Shown piece by piece: positions 54,715 to 62,571 of a DNA stretch of 62,571 nt. Position numbers and translations under genes: made by a program. Each line of letters opens with the position of its first letter. The first letter of the stretch is position 1. Below the pieces are notes generated by a model. It saw nothing but the letters and a program-made list of their open reading frames with translations. It ran no database searches and was not told the origin of the DNA. This DNA comes from an uncultured Clostridia bacterium (GTDB taxonomy: Bacteria; Bacillota; Clostridia; Oscillospirales; Acutalibacteraceae), in NCBI GenBank assembly GCA_937912045.1, contig CALDPI010000235.1, positions 1 to 62,571 on the forward strand, written 5' to 3'.

Positions 54715-55596
54715 ATGAAAAAAGCTACAAAAACACTTATTTCTTATGCGGTCATAACCGCAATGGCTCTGCTTCAGTCGGTCAACTACCACTTTTTCGT
54801 TGTGGAAAACGGCTTTGCTCCTGCAGGACTTAACGGTATTGTGACCATGATTCAGTACAAGACAGGCTTCAGCATCGGTTATATGTCGCTTATTATAAAT
54901 ATGCCTCTGTGTGTGCTGCTTTTCTTCCTTGTCAGCCGAAAATACGCGGTGCGGTCGGCGGTTTTTACGCTTATAAACTCCTTTTCGTACCTGTATTTGC
55001 AGAAAATCGGGCTTGACAGCTTTAAATATGACTCTGGCGGACACGACACCATTTTCCCTGCCATTATAAGCGGCGTGCTGGCAGGTGTGATAAGCGGACT
55101 GTGCTTTAGTCACCACTCGGCATCGGGCGGAATGGAGATGTGCTCAAAATACATAAACAAAATAAGGCCCACCACAAATTTCTTTATTGTTTCGTTTGTG
55201 CTTAACGCCATTGTGGCTTTTATATCGCTTTTCGTGTATTCAGACAAGGGCTTTTTGGATTATAAGCCGGTTGCGCTTTGCATAACCTACTGCTTTGTTT
55301 CAAGCGTGGTGGGCAACTACATATTAAAGGGCTCAAAAACCGCATATAAGTTTACCATAATCACGACCCATCCGCGCGAAATTACGGATGATATTATGCA
55401 CATTCTGCACCACGGCGCAACCGAAATCACAGCAACCGGCGCATACACAGGGGACAAAAAAACCGTGCTGCTTTGTGTTGTCAACAAGCATCAGCTGACC
55501 GATTTTAAGAAAATTGTGGGCAGCTATGAAAACACCTTTTCTTTTTACGAGCTTGTCAATGAAACCTACGGCAATTTTAAGCATATAAAGAATTGA
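54715..55596 (+). CDS. YitT family membrane protein (DUF2179 C-terminal domain)
   Basis: Polytopic N-terminus. The C-terminal soluble part KFTIITTHPREITDDIMHILHHGATEITATGAYTGDKKTVLLCVV is typical of YitT proteins. Confidence 0.82.
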   Translation: MKKATKTLISYAVITAMALLQSVNYHFFVVENGFAPAGLNGIVTMIQYKTGFSIGYMSLIINMPLCVLLFFLVSRKYAVRSAVFTLINSFSYLYLQKIGLDSFKYDSGGHDTIFPAIISGVLAGVISGLCFSHHSASGGMEMCSKYINKIRPTTNFFIVSFVLNAIVAFISLFVYSDKGFLDYKPVALCITYCFVSSVVGNYILKGSKTAYKFTIITTHPREITDDIMHILHHGATEITATGAYTGDKKTVLLCVVNKHQLTDFKKIVGSYENTFSFYELVNETYGNFKHIKN

Positions 55597-55638
55597 CAAG
55601 GCGTATTTCTCTGTGTTATAAATTTCTTGGGTGATATT

Positions 55639-56346
55639 ATGAATTTCAAAGAACAAAACAAGCTAAAAGCCGTTACGTTCAGCTTTGACGACGGCGTTAC
55701 ACAGGATATTCGAATGGTGGAGTTGCTTGCCAAATACGGACTTCCCGCAACCTTTAACCTGAATTCCGAGCTGCTTTCAAAGCGCGGCATTCTGATACGA
55801 AAGGACAAGCGCATTTCACATTATAAGCTTCACCCCGAGGACGTAAAGCCGCTCTATGACGGACACGAGGTTGCGGTTCACACGCTGACGCACCCGTTGC
55901 TACCTGCAATAAATGACGAAAACGAAATCATAAGGCAGGTGGAAAAGGACCGCGAAAACCTATCAGACCTTGTGGGCTATGAGGTTATCGGAATGGCCTA
56001 CCCCTGTGGTGGTGAAAACAACGACGACCGCGTTGCCGAGATTATTAAAAATCACACAGGCGTAAAATATGCGCGCACCATAAAAAGCGTACATAATTTT
56101 GATGTTCAGGAAAATCTCTTCCGCTTTAACCCAAGCGTTTATTATCTCCACTTTGACAAGATGATGGAGCTTGGACAGCAGTTTATAGAGCTCAAAACCG
56201 ACACCCCCAAGATTTTTTATATTTGGGGTCATTCGTATGAGATGGATTTTGAGGAGGATTACTGGGTGAAGTTTGAGGAGTTTTTAAAGCTCATCTCAGG
56301 CCGCGAGGATATCTTTTACGGAACAAATAAGCAGGTGCTGTTATAA
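55639..56346 (+). CDS. Polysaccharide deacetylase (CE4/NodB-like)
   Basis: ATG at 55639. Contains the VTFSFDDG motif plus HTLTHP and AYPCG. Confidence 0.83.
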   Translation: MNFKEQNKLKAVTFSFDDGVTQDIRMVELLAKYGLPATFNLNSELLSKRGILIRKDKRISHYKLHPEDVKPLYDGHEVAVHTLTHPLLPAINDENEIIRQVEKDRENLSDLVGYEVIGMAYPCGGENNDDRVAEIIKNHTGVKYARTIKSVHNFDVQENLFRFNPSVYYLHFDKMMELGQQFIELKTDTPKIFYIWGHSYEMDFEEDYWVKFEEFLKLISGREDIFYGTNKQVLL

Positions 56347-56897
56347 TGAGATTAGAAACCGAAAGACTGCTTTTGCGTCGTTGGGAGGACGCGGACGCAG
56401 AGGCGCTGTATGAATATGCCAAGGATTCCGCCGTGGGACCTGCTGCAGGATGGCCGCCGCACAAAAGCGTTGATGAGAGCCTATCGGTTATCAGAAACAT
56501 TTTTAACCGTCCCCAGTGCTATGCCGTTTGCGAAAAGGAAAACGGTAAGGCAATCGGAGCGATTGAGCTTAAATTAAACGGACATACCGATATGACCGAA
56601 AGCGACGACGAGTGCGAGCTTGGCTATTGGCTCGGAAAGCCCTTTTGGGGCAAAGGCTATATACCCGAGGCAGCGGCGGCGCTGTTGCGTTACGGCTTTG
56701 AAACGCTCCAAATGACTGTTGTTTGGTGCGGATACTATGACGGAAACGAAAAATCAAGGCGCGTGCAGGAAAAACTCGGTTTTGTTTACCACCACACCTG
56801 CGAACACGTCCCCGTTCCTCTTATGAACGAGGAGCGGGTTGGACATACAAGCTGTTTGACGCGGGAGCGTTGGGAAGCGATGAATAAAAACATATAA
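56346..56897 (+). CDS. GNAT family N-acetyltransferase (RimJ/RimL-like)
   Basis: Begins MRLETERLLLRRWEDADAEALYEYA. The start overlaps the CE4 stop (TAATG). Confidence 0.9.
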   Translation: MRLETERLLLRRWEDADAEALYEYAKDSAVGPAAGWPPHKSVDESLSVIRNIFNRPQCYAVCEKENGKAIGAIELKLNGHTDMTESDDECELGYWLGKPFWGKGYIPEAAAALLRYGFETLQMTVVWCGYYDGNEKSRRVQEKLGFVYHHTCEHVPVPLMNEERVGHTSCLTRERWEAMNKNI

Positions 56898-56901
56898 TCG
56901 G

Positions 56902-56948
56902 GCACACCGAAGAAATAAAAAGGGACGCGATGCGTCCCTTTTTATTTC
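56902..56948. repeat. Direct repeat copy A (~47-50 bp)
   Basis: gcacaccgaagaaataaaaagggacgcgatgcgtccctttttatttc. Compare copy B at 57756-57806. Confidence 0.7.
56921..56939. terminator. Bidirectional terminator (copy 1 of a duplicated element)
   Basis: agggacgc-ga-tgcgtccct, flanked by AAAAA and TTTTT. Confidence 0.8.
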
Positions 56949-57154
56949 TTCTCTCTTTCTTCTATTTCAACAAGTAAAGAGCCCCTTGCTTGTTCCTTTG
57001 CATCAGCAATGCACCGCAAAAAGATTCCATCCTCTGTCGGTGTTATTACAACCTGTGTACCATTTTCCATATCGTATGCTCTTCGCATTTCTATGGGTAA
57101 ACAAATTCTTCCAAGACTGTCAACCGGTCTTATATACATAAAATCTCTTTTCAT
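56942..57154 (-). CDS. AbrB/SpoVT/MazE-type DNA-binding protein (70 aa)
   Basis: Contains IRPVDSLGRICLPIEMRRAYDMENGTQVVI, a SpoVT-AbrB swapped-hairpin motif. I chose the ATG at 57154, which is 5 nt after GGGGG; the track ORF extends to 57214. Confidence 0.72.
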   Translation of the reverse strand: MKRDFMYIRPVDSLGRICLPIEMRRAYDMENGTQVVITPTEDGIFLRCIADAKEQARGSLLVEIEEREKK

Positions 57155-57172
57155 AAAAACCCCCATAAAAAT

Positions 57173-57200
57173 AAAAAAGTGCGCAACCGAAGCCGCGCAC
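57173..57200 (-). terminator. Intrinsic-terminator-like hairpin inside the leader of the AbrB-like gene
   Basis: Minus strand reads gtgcgc-ggcttcggtt-gcgcac followed by TTTTTTATTTTT, ending 18 nt before the start codon. Confidence 0.5.
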
Positions 57201-57223
57201 CGAAAAACGCACAACTCCGCTTG

Positions 57224-57338
57224 TTGTCACACAATTTTTCACAGTACTGTAAGCATGCGAAAAGAGTATGCGTTTTTGCCAATAGTAAAAACACACGCTT
57301 ACAAATTGTACTGCATAAAATATAAAATTGTGTGACAA
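57224..57338 (-). promoter_or_regulatory. Perfect 15-bp inverted repeat pair (operator or long leader stem)
   Basis: ttgtcacacaatttt (57224-57238) and aaaattgtgtgacaa (57324-57338). The promoter-proximal arm overlaps the predicted transcription start. Confidence 0.55.
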
Positions 57339-57342
57339 GTGG

Positions 57343-57371
57343 ATTATAACACATTTACCATAAATTGTAAA
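57343..57371 (-). promoter_or_regulatory. Strong sigma-A promoter with extended -10
   Basis: Minus strand: TTTACA (57371-57366), 17-nt spacer ending in TGt, TATAAT (57348-57343). Confidence 0.62.
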
Positions 57372-57486
57372 TAATTAAATATTTACCTTTTTCGACAATA
57401 AACTGCAATGTTGGGGACAGTGCGCACGACGCGCCGTTGCTTTTTATGAAAAATAAAATTTTGTTTCCGCTTATGCCGCGGCGGCA

Positions 57487-57743
57487 CTTCCTTTCTGCCC
57501 GTTTGCAGAAAGGAAGCAAAGAAAAACTTAAGGGGAATTCCGATTTCCCCTCGGACAGAAAGGCTTTATGTCATAAAAATCGTTTCGGTAATACGTCTAT
57601 TACCGAAACGAAAACTTATTATTTTATAAACTTTTATCTCCCTGTCCTCACCCCAAACGGCAAGGGCTGCCGCCCTTAACCCGCCATAGACGGTCGTCCG
57701 AACGATTGCCTTTTTTATGTGTATTATTCTCAAAAACACATAA
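57487..57743. other. Cluster of five perfect hairpins in non-coding DNA
   Basis: 12-bp stem 57487-57516, 6-bp stem 57532-57550, 14-bp stem 57580-57611, 6-bp stem 57662-57677, 8-bp stem 57715-57743. I saw no convincing ORF or SD. Confidence 0.5.
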
Positions 57744-57755
57744 TCAGTGCCGCCA

Positions 57756-57806
57756 GCACACCGAAACAACAAAAAAGGGATGCGATGCGTCCCTTTTTAT
57801 TATTTC
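57756..57806. repeat. Direct repeat copy B
   Basis: gcacaccgaaacaacaaaaaagggatgcgatgcgtccctttttattatttc. The core of 29-30 nt differs from copy A at one position. Confidence 0.7.
57777..57793 (-). terminator. Terminator of the 1024-aa gene (copy 2 of the duplicated hairpin)
   Basis: Minus strand has gggacgcatcgcatccc followed by TTTTTTGTTGTTT. Confidence 0.75.
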
Positions 57807-60800
57807 GTTTCTGTAATTCTGGGTGCGGAGAGAATGCCAAGCGGACGGAAGCGGTAGCTTTCGGTCCATTCTGCACCCTTTGTGTGCCACATATCCGGTC
57901 CAAGCCAAAAACGCTCTGCGTCGGCAAGGTGAAGCGCACCGAACGCGTTATAGCGATTACCGAGAAGCGTCAGTTTTACCGTGTGCTTGCCTGCGGGCAA
58001 ACGACCTAAGCTGAGGGTGTAGGGCGGATAAATGATGTAATCCTTTTTATCTGCCAGCTCCACCTTGACTGCGGCGCCTGCATAGTGCGGCACCGCCAGC
58101 TCTACATTGCCGCCGTTTGTTTCTATTTCGACATTGTAGGTAATGTTGCCTGTATAATGTGCAAGACCCTGATGTGTTATATCGTCAAAGCCGAGCATCG
58201 TGGGCTTCTTTCCGATGCTGCGGTGTTCACCCTTGACGCTGACACCAAAGTCACCGAGCAGATAGCACCACTCAAGATTTATACGGCGGCCAAAGGGCTG
58301 TGTAAGTTCGAGCACGTTTGCACCCTTTTTGAGTGTTGGGAGTGCCACCGTTTCAATGCTCTTATCAACAAACCAGCCGTCCGGCTCTGATTTAATAGCC
58401 TTGCCGTTTAAGACAATTTTTGTTTCTCTTGCATCCTCAAGCGCGAGCTTTACGTTCTTTACCTTTTCGTCACAATGGAAGGTATAGCGCAGATAAACGC
58501 TGTGGTCGGGTGCCTGTTTGCCGTAAACCCAGGGCTGTGTTACCCAGCCGTCGTTCTTCGGCCAACCAAGAGTCGCTCGGACAGCGTTATCAACGCGCAT
58601 AATCTCGGTTTCGGGCATAAGGGGGCCGCCATCAAGCGAATATTCCGCCTTGTCGAGCACGAATGCGTTGGGCTCGTCAAGTGTGAAGGATACGAGCTTC
58701 GGCACTGTGAGTGCAACGGCTTCTGACGCCGGCTCTGTCTCTTTTGCGGCCGGCACACTGCCCCTGTCGGTAAACCTGAGCAGTAGCGAATCCAAATCAT
58801 AAATCACTGTGTTTATAACGGTGTTACCGTTTACGAGCTCCGATGCGAGCGGCTTAATATCGCCCGTCAGCGTATCGTAAAGCATTACGCCGTATTCGCC
58901 CTTTAGCGTGATTTTAAGCTTTTCTTCTACGGGCACGTCCTTGTTATACGGCTTTTCACAGTGGGCAATAAACAGCCAACGGTCATCGCCGTCTGCGCGG
59001 AGCTGATGAATGAGGTTTTCGGTGCGCTCGCCCTTATTATTGCGAATATCCACCATTCGTGAGGGGGCGGCGGCATCCAGCACGGCCTCTTTCATATAAT
59101 CGGTCCTCTGAGACGCGTCGAACAAACGCTTTCCGCGCTCACTTATTACAGCGTTTTCATATTTCGGTGCGGCACCGAGGAAGACAAGTCTTCCGCCTGC
59201 CTCTTTGAATGCTTCGAGTCTTTCAAGCGTTGTGCTGCGGAGAGTTTCGCAAGCAGGTACAATTATGGTGTCGTACTCCATAACGCCGACCCTGAGCGGT
59301 GCGCCGCCTTTTTCACACTGTGAGGGTAAAAGTGACTCGCATATGAAGTCAAAATCGATATTGCCGCTTATGAGCCATTTTGTCAGGTTCTTGAAGTTGT
59401 TATCCATCTGCTCGCGGATTGCGGCGGTCTGCTCTTCGGGTCCCATATGGAGCCAATAGCTCTCAATCGGGTGGATAACGCCGACCTTAATAAGCGGCTT
59501 GCCACGTGTAAGCGCCGTATGTATGCGTGAATAATGGTCTTCAACCGCGCCGTAATCCTTCCACCACGGCGACTGATAGTTAAAGGTTGCAGGATAGTCG
59601 TGCTTTGCCTCGCCCTTCATAGATACCCAGGCAAGATGATGAACACGTGTGGTAACACCAAGTGCCGCCTGCCAGTCGCCCTGGAACTTGTGACCTCTGA
59701 AGTCGAAATCCCAGCCTGTAACACCGTAAAGCTCGCTCAGCACGCCGTCACGACCGTACTGATGCGATGCCGATGCCGCCTGTTTTACGGTTGTGAACTC
59801 GGTCTGATTGCAGAGCATATCAACGCCGGGCAGTTGGAAACTGCGGTATGAACGCATTGCCTCGCCCAGCGCCTGTGACTGACTCAGAAGCGAGGGCTCC
59901 TCCATCATATGACCGGTGAGCATAAGACCGTGCTCCTCGCACCATTTGCCGCACTGGTCCGCAAAGGCAGATGCAAAACGCTCTGCCACGTGGTCGTGAT
60001 AATGATAGCGCACGGTGGAAATCTTGCCGTCGGGCAGCTCCCACAAAAGCTCGGGCAGGCTGTCAACCAAATCCTCACCGTATGCTGCCTTAAAGGTTTC
60101 CTGTATGTCGTGCGTCCAGGGCAGAAGCACCTTTTTGCTCTCCCCTGCAAAGCCGAGTCTTGTTTTGTGTGTGAACTGCGGCTCGTCTGTGAACATAGTG
60201 GGGATTAACGTGCCGAAATCGTCACCGACAACCTCGTTATACCTTTCATACGTAACCTCGATAAAACGGCGCATTGCCGCCGGGTCAAGCGTGTTTATAT
60301 AGGTCTGGTCGTTAAACCACGGGGTCGGGTCGGGCTCCTCCATATAGGCATACCACTTGACACCCTCTGCCTCATCGTTTTCGCCAATTCTTTTGGCGCT
60401 TGCAAGGCAGCCGTTTTGGTCGAGCACAACGTCAAAGCAGGCAATCAGCTCGTCCTTGTTTTCCATATCCTCGCGGTGAAGTCTTTTAATTTCCTCTTCA
60501 ATGCTGCGGTCCATAAAAAGCAGATACTTTTCGCGGTATCTGGGGTCCTTTGTGACGATTCCGCCTGCCGCGCCCGAGGGCCAGCGGTCCTCGTCGTACA
60601 GGTAGGCAAGCATATTTTCCCGGCGGAGCTTTTCTGTGCAGGTCTTTATAAGCTCCATATGCTCGTCACTCAGATATTCGGTTGCCATTCCCGTGCGAAC
60701 GTGCATATGCGCGCCGCCCATTCCCATTTTTTTGAGAACGTCTATCTGCCTTAAAAGCTCATCCTTTTCGAGCTCACAGTTCCACGCCCAGAACGGTGTG

Positions 60801-60874
60801 CCGCGATACTCGCTTGTGGGGTTTTTAAAAAGCTCTGACGAAAGGGCTTTTTCTTTATTTTTAGGATACAGCAT
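57800..60874 (-). CDS. Large cytoplasmic glycoside-hydrolase-like protein (family uncertain; possibly GH106-type rhamnosidase-like)
   Basis: 1024 aa with no signal peptide and a GGAGGT SD. The N-terminus RGTPFWAWNCELEKDELLRQIDVLKKMGMGGAHMHVRTG resembles a TIM-barrel glycosidase family I recall only loosely. Confidence 0.6.
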   Translation of the reverse strand: MLYPKNKEKALSSELFKNPTSEYRGTPFWAWNCELEKDELLRQIDVLKKMGMGGAHMHVRTGMATEYLSDEHMELIKTCTEKLRRENMLAYLYDEDRWPSGAAGGIVTKDPRYREKYLLFMDRSIEEEIKRLHREDMENKDELIACFDVVLDQNGCLASAKRIGENDEAEGVKWYAYMEEPDPTPWFNDQTYINTLDPAAMRRFIEVTYERYNEVVGDDFGTLIPTMFTDEPQFTHKTRLGFAGESKKVLLPWTHDIQETFKAAYGEDLVDSLPELLWELPDGKISTVRYHYHDHVAERFASAFADQCGKWCEEHGLMLTGHMMEEPSLLSQSQALGEAMRSYRSFQLPGVDMLCNQTEFTTVKQAASASHQYGRDGVLSELYGVTGWDFDFRGHKFQGDWQAALGVTTRVHHLAWVSMKGEAKHDYPATFNYQSPWWKDYGAVEDHYSRIHTALTRGKPLIKVGVIHPIESYWLHMGPEEQTAAIREQMDNNFKNLTKWLISGNIDFDFICESLLPSQCEKGGAPLRVGVMEYDTIIVPACETLRSTTLERLEAFKEAGGRLVFLGAAPKYENAVISERGKRLFDASQRTDYMKEAVLDAAAPSRMVDIRNNKGERTENLIHQLRADGDDRWLFIAHCEKPYNKDVPVEEKLKITLKGEYGVMLYDTLTGDIKPLASELVNGNTVINTVIYDLDSLLLRFTDRGSVPAAKETEPASEAVALTVPKLVSFTLDEPNAFVLDKAEYSLDGGPLMPETEIMRVDNAVRATLGWPKNDGWVTQPWVYGKQAPDHSVYLRYTFHCDEKVKNVKLALEDARETKIVLNGKAIKSEPDGWFVDKSIETVALPTLKKGANVLELTQPFGRRINLEWCYLLGDFGVSVKGEHRSIGKKPTMLGFDDITHQGLAHYTGNITYNVEIETNGGNVELAVPHYAGAAVKVELADKKDYIIYPPYTLSLGRLPAGKHTVKLTLLGNRYNAFGALHLADAERFWLGPDMWHTKGAEWTESYRFRPLGILSAPRITETK

Positions 60875-60898
60875 TTTATTACCTCCGTTTACATTGTC

Positions 60899-60928
60899 TT
60901 GACTTTACAATAACGCATAGCTTATAAT
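60899..60928 (+). promoter_or_regulatory. Sigma-A type promoter of the third AraC gene
   Basis: TTGACT (60899-60904), 18-nt spacer, TATAAT (60923-60928). Confidence 0.55.
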
Positions 60929-60982
60929 AAGTAAACACCCTTTTTTATGATTTTTAAAGATTTTAGGTGGTGATTTTAAGAT

Positions 60983-61831
60983 ATGGGCAATAAAATTGCA
61001 ACCTTTCGTTCACAAATTGGCGACGGTCAAATCCATATGGAGCATATCAAACCGATAAACGACCGTCTTCACCGACACGCTTTTTTCGAGCTGGTGTACG
61101 TCATAAACGGCAGCGCAACACATTATCTCGGTGAGGAATGCACCCAGCTTCGCAAAGGGGATTATTTTATAATCGATACGGGCAGCGCCCACTGCTACCG
61201 CGACATAAAGGATTTTGAGATTATAAACTGCTTATTCCTGCCCGAATATATTGACAGGGCGCTTTCTGACTGTCCGTCCTTGTTTTCTATGCTTTCAAAC
61301 CAGGTGCTTCGGTTTGGTCTGCCCTTTGACGTGCGGACCGCCGACCGCATTTTTCACGATACCGACGGCTCTGTCCGCCGTCTTTTCAGCGCAATGGAAA
61401 AGGAACACACAAAAAAGAAGACGGGGTATTTTGAACTGCTCAGATGCTATCTGACACAGGTGCTCGTCTGTGCTGTGCGCGCCTCGGAGGAGGCCGAATC
61501 AAACCGCCTGCGCCACAGCGCCACAACCGCCGCGGCCGACTATCTTTGTGCCAATTTTAAAGAGCCGCTCTCGCTTCAAAAACTCGCGTCGCTGGTGGGC
61601 TACACACCGCAATATTTGAGCCAGGTTTTTCAAAAGGACACAGGAATGAGCCTTCGCACCTTTTTGCAGAGACTACGCGTTGAGGAGGCCTGCCGTCTGT
61701 TATCCCAGACGGATATGCGCCTTTCGGACATTGCCGAGGCGGTTGGCTACAGCGATGCAAAGCATTTTTCACGCGTGTTCCGCAAGCATAAACAACTTTG
61801 TCCGCGCGAATTCCGCGCAGGAATAATATGA
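60983..61831 (+). CDS. AraC family transcriptional regulator
   Basis: Cupin-like N-terminus (HRHAFFELVYVINGSATHY) and a C-terminal HTH (IAEAVGYSDAKHFSRVFRKHKQLCPREFR). Confidence 0.9.
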   Translation: MGNKIATFRSQIGDGQIHMEHIKPINDRLHRHAFFELVYVINGSATHYLGEECTQLRKGDYFIIDTGSAHCYRDIKDFEIINCLFLPEYIDRALSDCPSLFSMLSNQVLRFGLPFDVRTADRIFHDTDGSVRRLFSAMEKEHTKKKTGYFELLRCYLTQVLVCAVRASEEAESNRLRHSATTAAADYLCANFKEPLSLQKLASLVGYTPQYLSQVFQKDTGMSLRTFLQRLRVEEACRLLSQTDMRLSDIAEAVGYSDAKHFSRVFRKHKQLCPREFRAGII

Positions 61832-61866
61832 TTTTAGAACAAATTTTTAGTTAGAAGACAGACAAT

Positions 61867-61903
61867 AAAAGACACGGTAATGCTTGCGCATACCGTGTCT
61901 TTT
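61867..61903. terminator. Bidirectional terminator
   Basis: aaaagacacggta-atgcttgcgca-taccgtgtctttt, a 13-bp stem. Confidence 0.8.
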
Positions 61904-61904
61904 A

Positions 61905-62571
61905 TTACGGTGTTGGAATCTCGCCGTCACGCACCTGCTTTATAAGCGCGGCTCCGCGCTCTACCGTTTCTTCGTTCGGCAGCATAACGTAGGCATTAAA
62001 GCCGAGGGAATACGGTCGACGCCAGGCACCCGTTCCGTCTGCGGAGTAGGTTGTGACGTTCCATTTCGTACCGTTATTTATTTGCTGTTTTATAAGCGCC
62101 GTAATTTTTTCATACGGCATATCAGTTTCAAACGTGCCCGACATACTGTCAAGCGTGGACTTATAGTTTGTGATTATGGCAGGGCTTGTGACCTTATCGA
62201 TAACGCCCTTTATAACCGCCATCTGATTTTTTCCGCGCTGGCGGTCCCCCCCTGCGACCGAGTAACGCTCGCGCGCGAAGGAAAGCGCTTTTGTTCCTGT
62301 TAAGAAGTTTTCGCCCTTGTTAAAGGAATATCCGCCTGAAGAAAACGCATACTGCGAGTTGACGGTTACTCCGCCAAGGGCGTCTATTATATCGCGGAAG
62401 CCGTCAAAATTCACCCTGAAATAATAATCAATTTTTATATCGTAAAGCATACCGAGCGTGTCGCGGCTGACGTTTATTCCGTAGATGCCGGCACCACCGC
62501 CCGCACCCTGGAAGCCCGGCGGAAAGAACTGATGGAAGAAGTGGATTCCCCGGAAAAAAAAGCAGCACTGG
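61905..62571 (-). CDS. LCP (LytR-CpsA-Psr) family protein, N-terminus beyond window edge
   Basis: IDYYFRVNFDGFRDIIDALGGVTVN and ALSFARERY..GGDRQRGKNQ are LCP hallmarks. My hand translation shows the frame stays open upstream of the M at 62450 through to position 62571. Confidence 0.85.
   Translation of the reverse strand, partial: QCCFFFRGIHFFHQFFPPGFQGAGGGAGIYGINVSRDTLGMLYDIKIDYYFRVNFDGFRDIIDALGGVTVNSQYAFSSGGYSFNKGENFLTGTKALSFARERYSVAGGDRQRGKNQMAVIKGVIDKVTSPAIITNYKSTLDSMSGTFETDMPYEKITALIKQQINNGTKWNVTTYSADGTGAWRRPYSLGFNAYVMLPNEETVERGAALIKQVRDGEIPTP

Noticed and set aside
56942-57154. AbrB/MazE-like gene as the antitoxin of a toxin-antitoxin pair
   Set aside because: No adjacent small toxin ORF (MazF/PIN/Doc-like) exists on either side. 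The downstream DNA is a terminator and the upstream DNA is a leader.
57437-57679. 80-aa plus-strand ORF in the hairpin-rich region
   Set aside because: It has no SD and the reading frame runs through three perfect palindromes. No downstream plus-strand gene context exists.
1-62571. Search for CRISPR arrays, tRNA/rRNA genes, IS elements, integrases and prophage genes
   Set aside because: I saw no regularly spaced short repeats, no cloverleaf-like or rRNA-like conserved stretches, and no transposase, recombinase or capsid motifs in any frame of the ORF track.

Overview
62.6-kb window that looks like a Gram-positive anaerobe (Bacillota/Clostridia-type). The signals are AGGAGG-type Shine-Dalgarno sites, TTGACA/TATAAT promoters, lipobox signal peptides, and CUT1-type sugar ABC importers with no ATPase gene nearby. 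I found no rRNA, tRNA, CRISPR array, transposase, integrase or phage genes. Most of the window encodes glycan utilisation. The left edge (1-7.6 kb) holds housekeeping and miscellaneous genes: a DnaD-like protein plus a DnaC/DnaI-like loader, galE, a PadR-DUF1700-DUF4097 module, a ZIP transporter, an SDR and a Gfo/Idh/MocA oxidoreductase. From 7.7 to 43 kb almost every gene is on the minus strand. This block contains two alpha/beta esterases, two SGNH esterases, two GH78-type rhamnosidase-like enzymes, a cytoplasmic GH5-like enzyme, and two ABC importers (SBP plus two permeases each, no ATPase). It also contains an NHL-TPR-Yip1 membrane fusion, a 735-aa lipoprotein, a 935-aa SBP with a large N-terminal extension, a 1845-aa membrane-anchored surface protein, a 922-aa secreted paralogue, a small low-complexity lipoprotein and a secreted GH5-like enzyme. 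The right part (43.6-62.6 kb) has three AraC regulators, one LysR regulator, GH3, GH2, a 1024-aa cytoplasmic glycosidase-like protein, an SGNH esterase, a CE4 deacetylase, a GNAT, a YitT protein, a TIGR00266/AIM24-like protein, a DMT sugar porter, an AbrB-like regulator and a truncated LCP protein. Five things seem most worth follow-up. (1) An unnamed ~185-205-aa module is present 8 times in the two large secreted proteins. (2) A five-gene cassette couples an oversized SBP and permeases to an NHL-TPR-Yip1 protein and a large lipoprotein. (3) An unannotated 44-codon acidic sORF with a perfect SD lies between the 922-aa gene and the lipoprotein gene. (4) An AbrB-like cassette is bracketed by ~50-bp direct repeats and has a leader that looks like an attenuator. 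(5) An adjacent ~400-bp non-coding stretch is full of perfect hairpins. All family names come from motif recognition by eye; no database search was possible.
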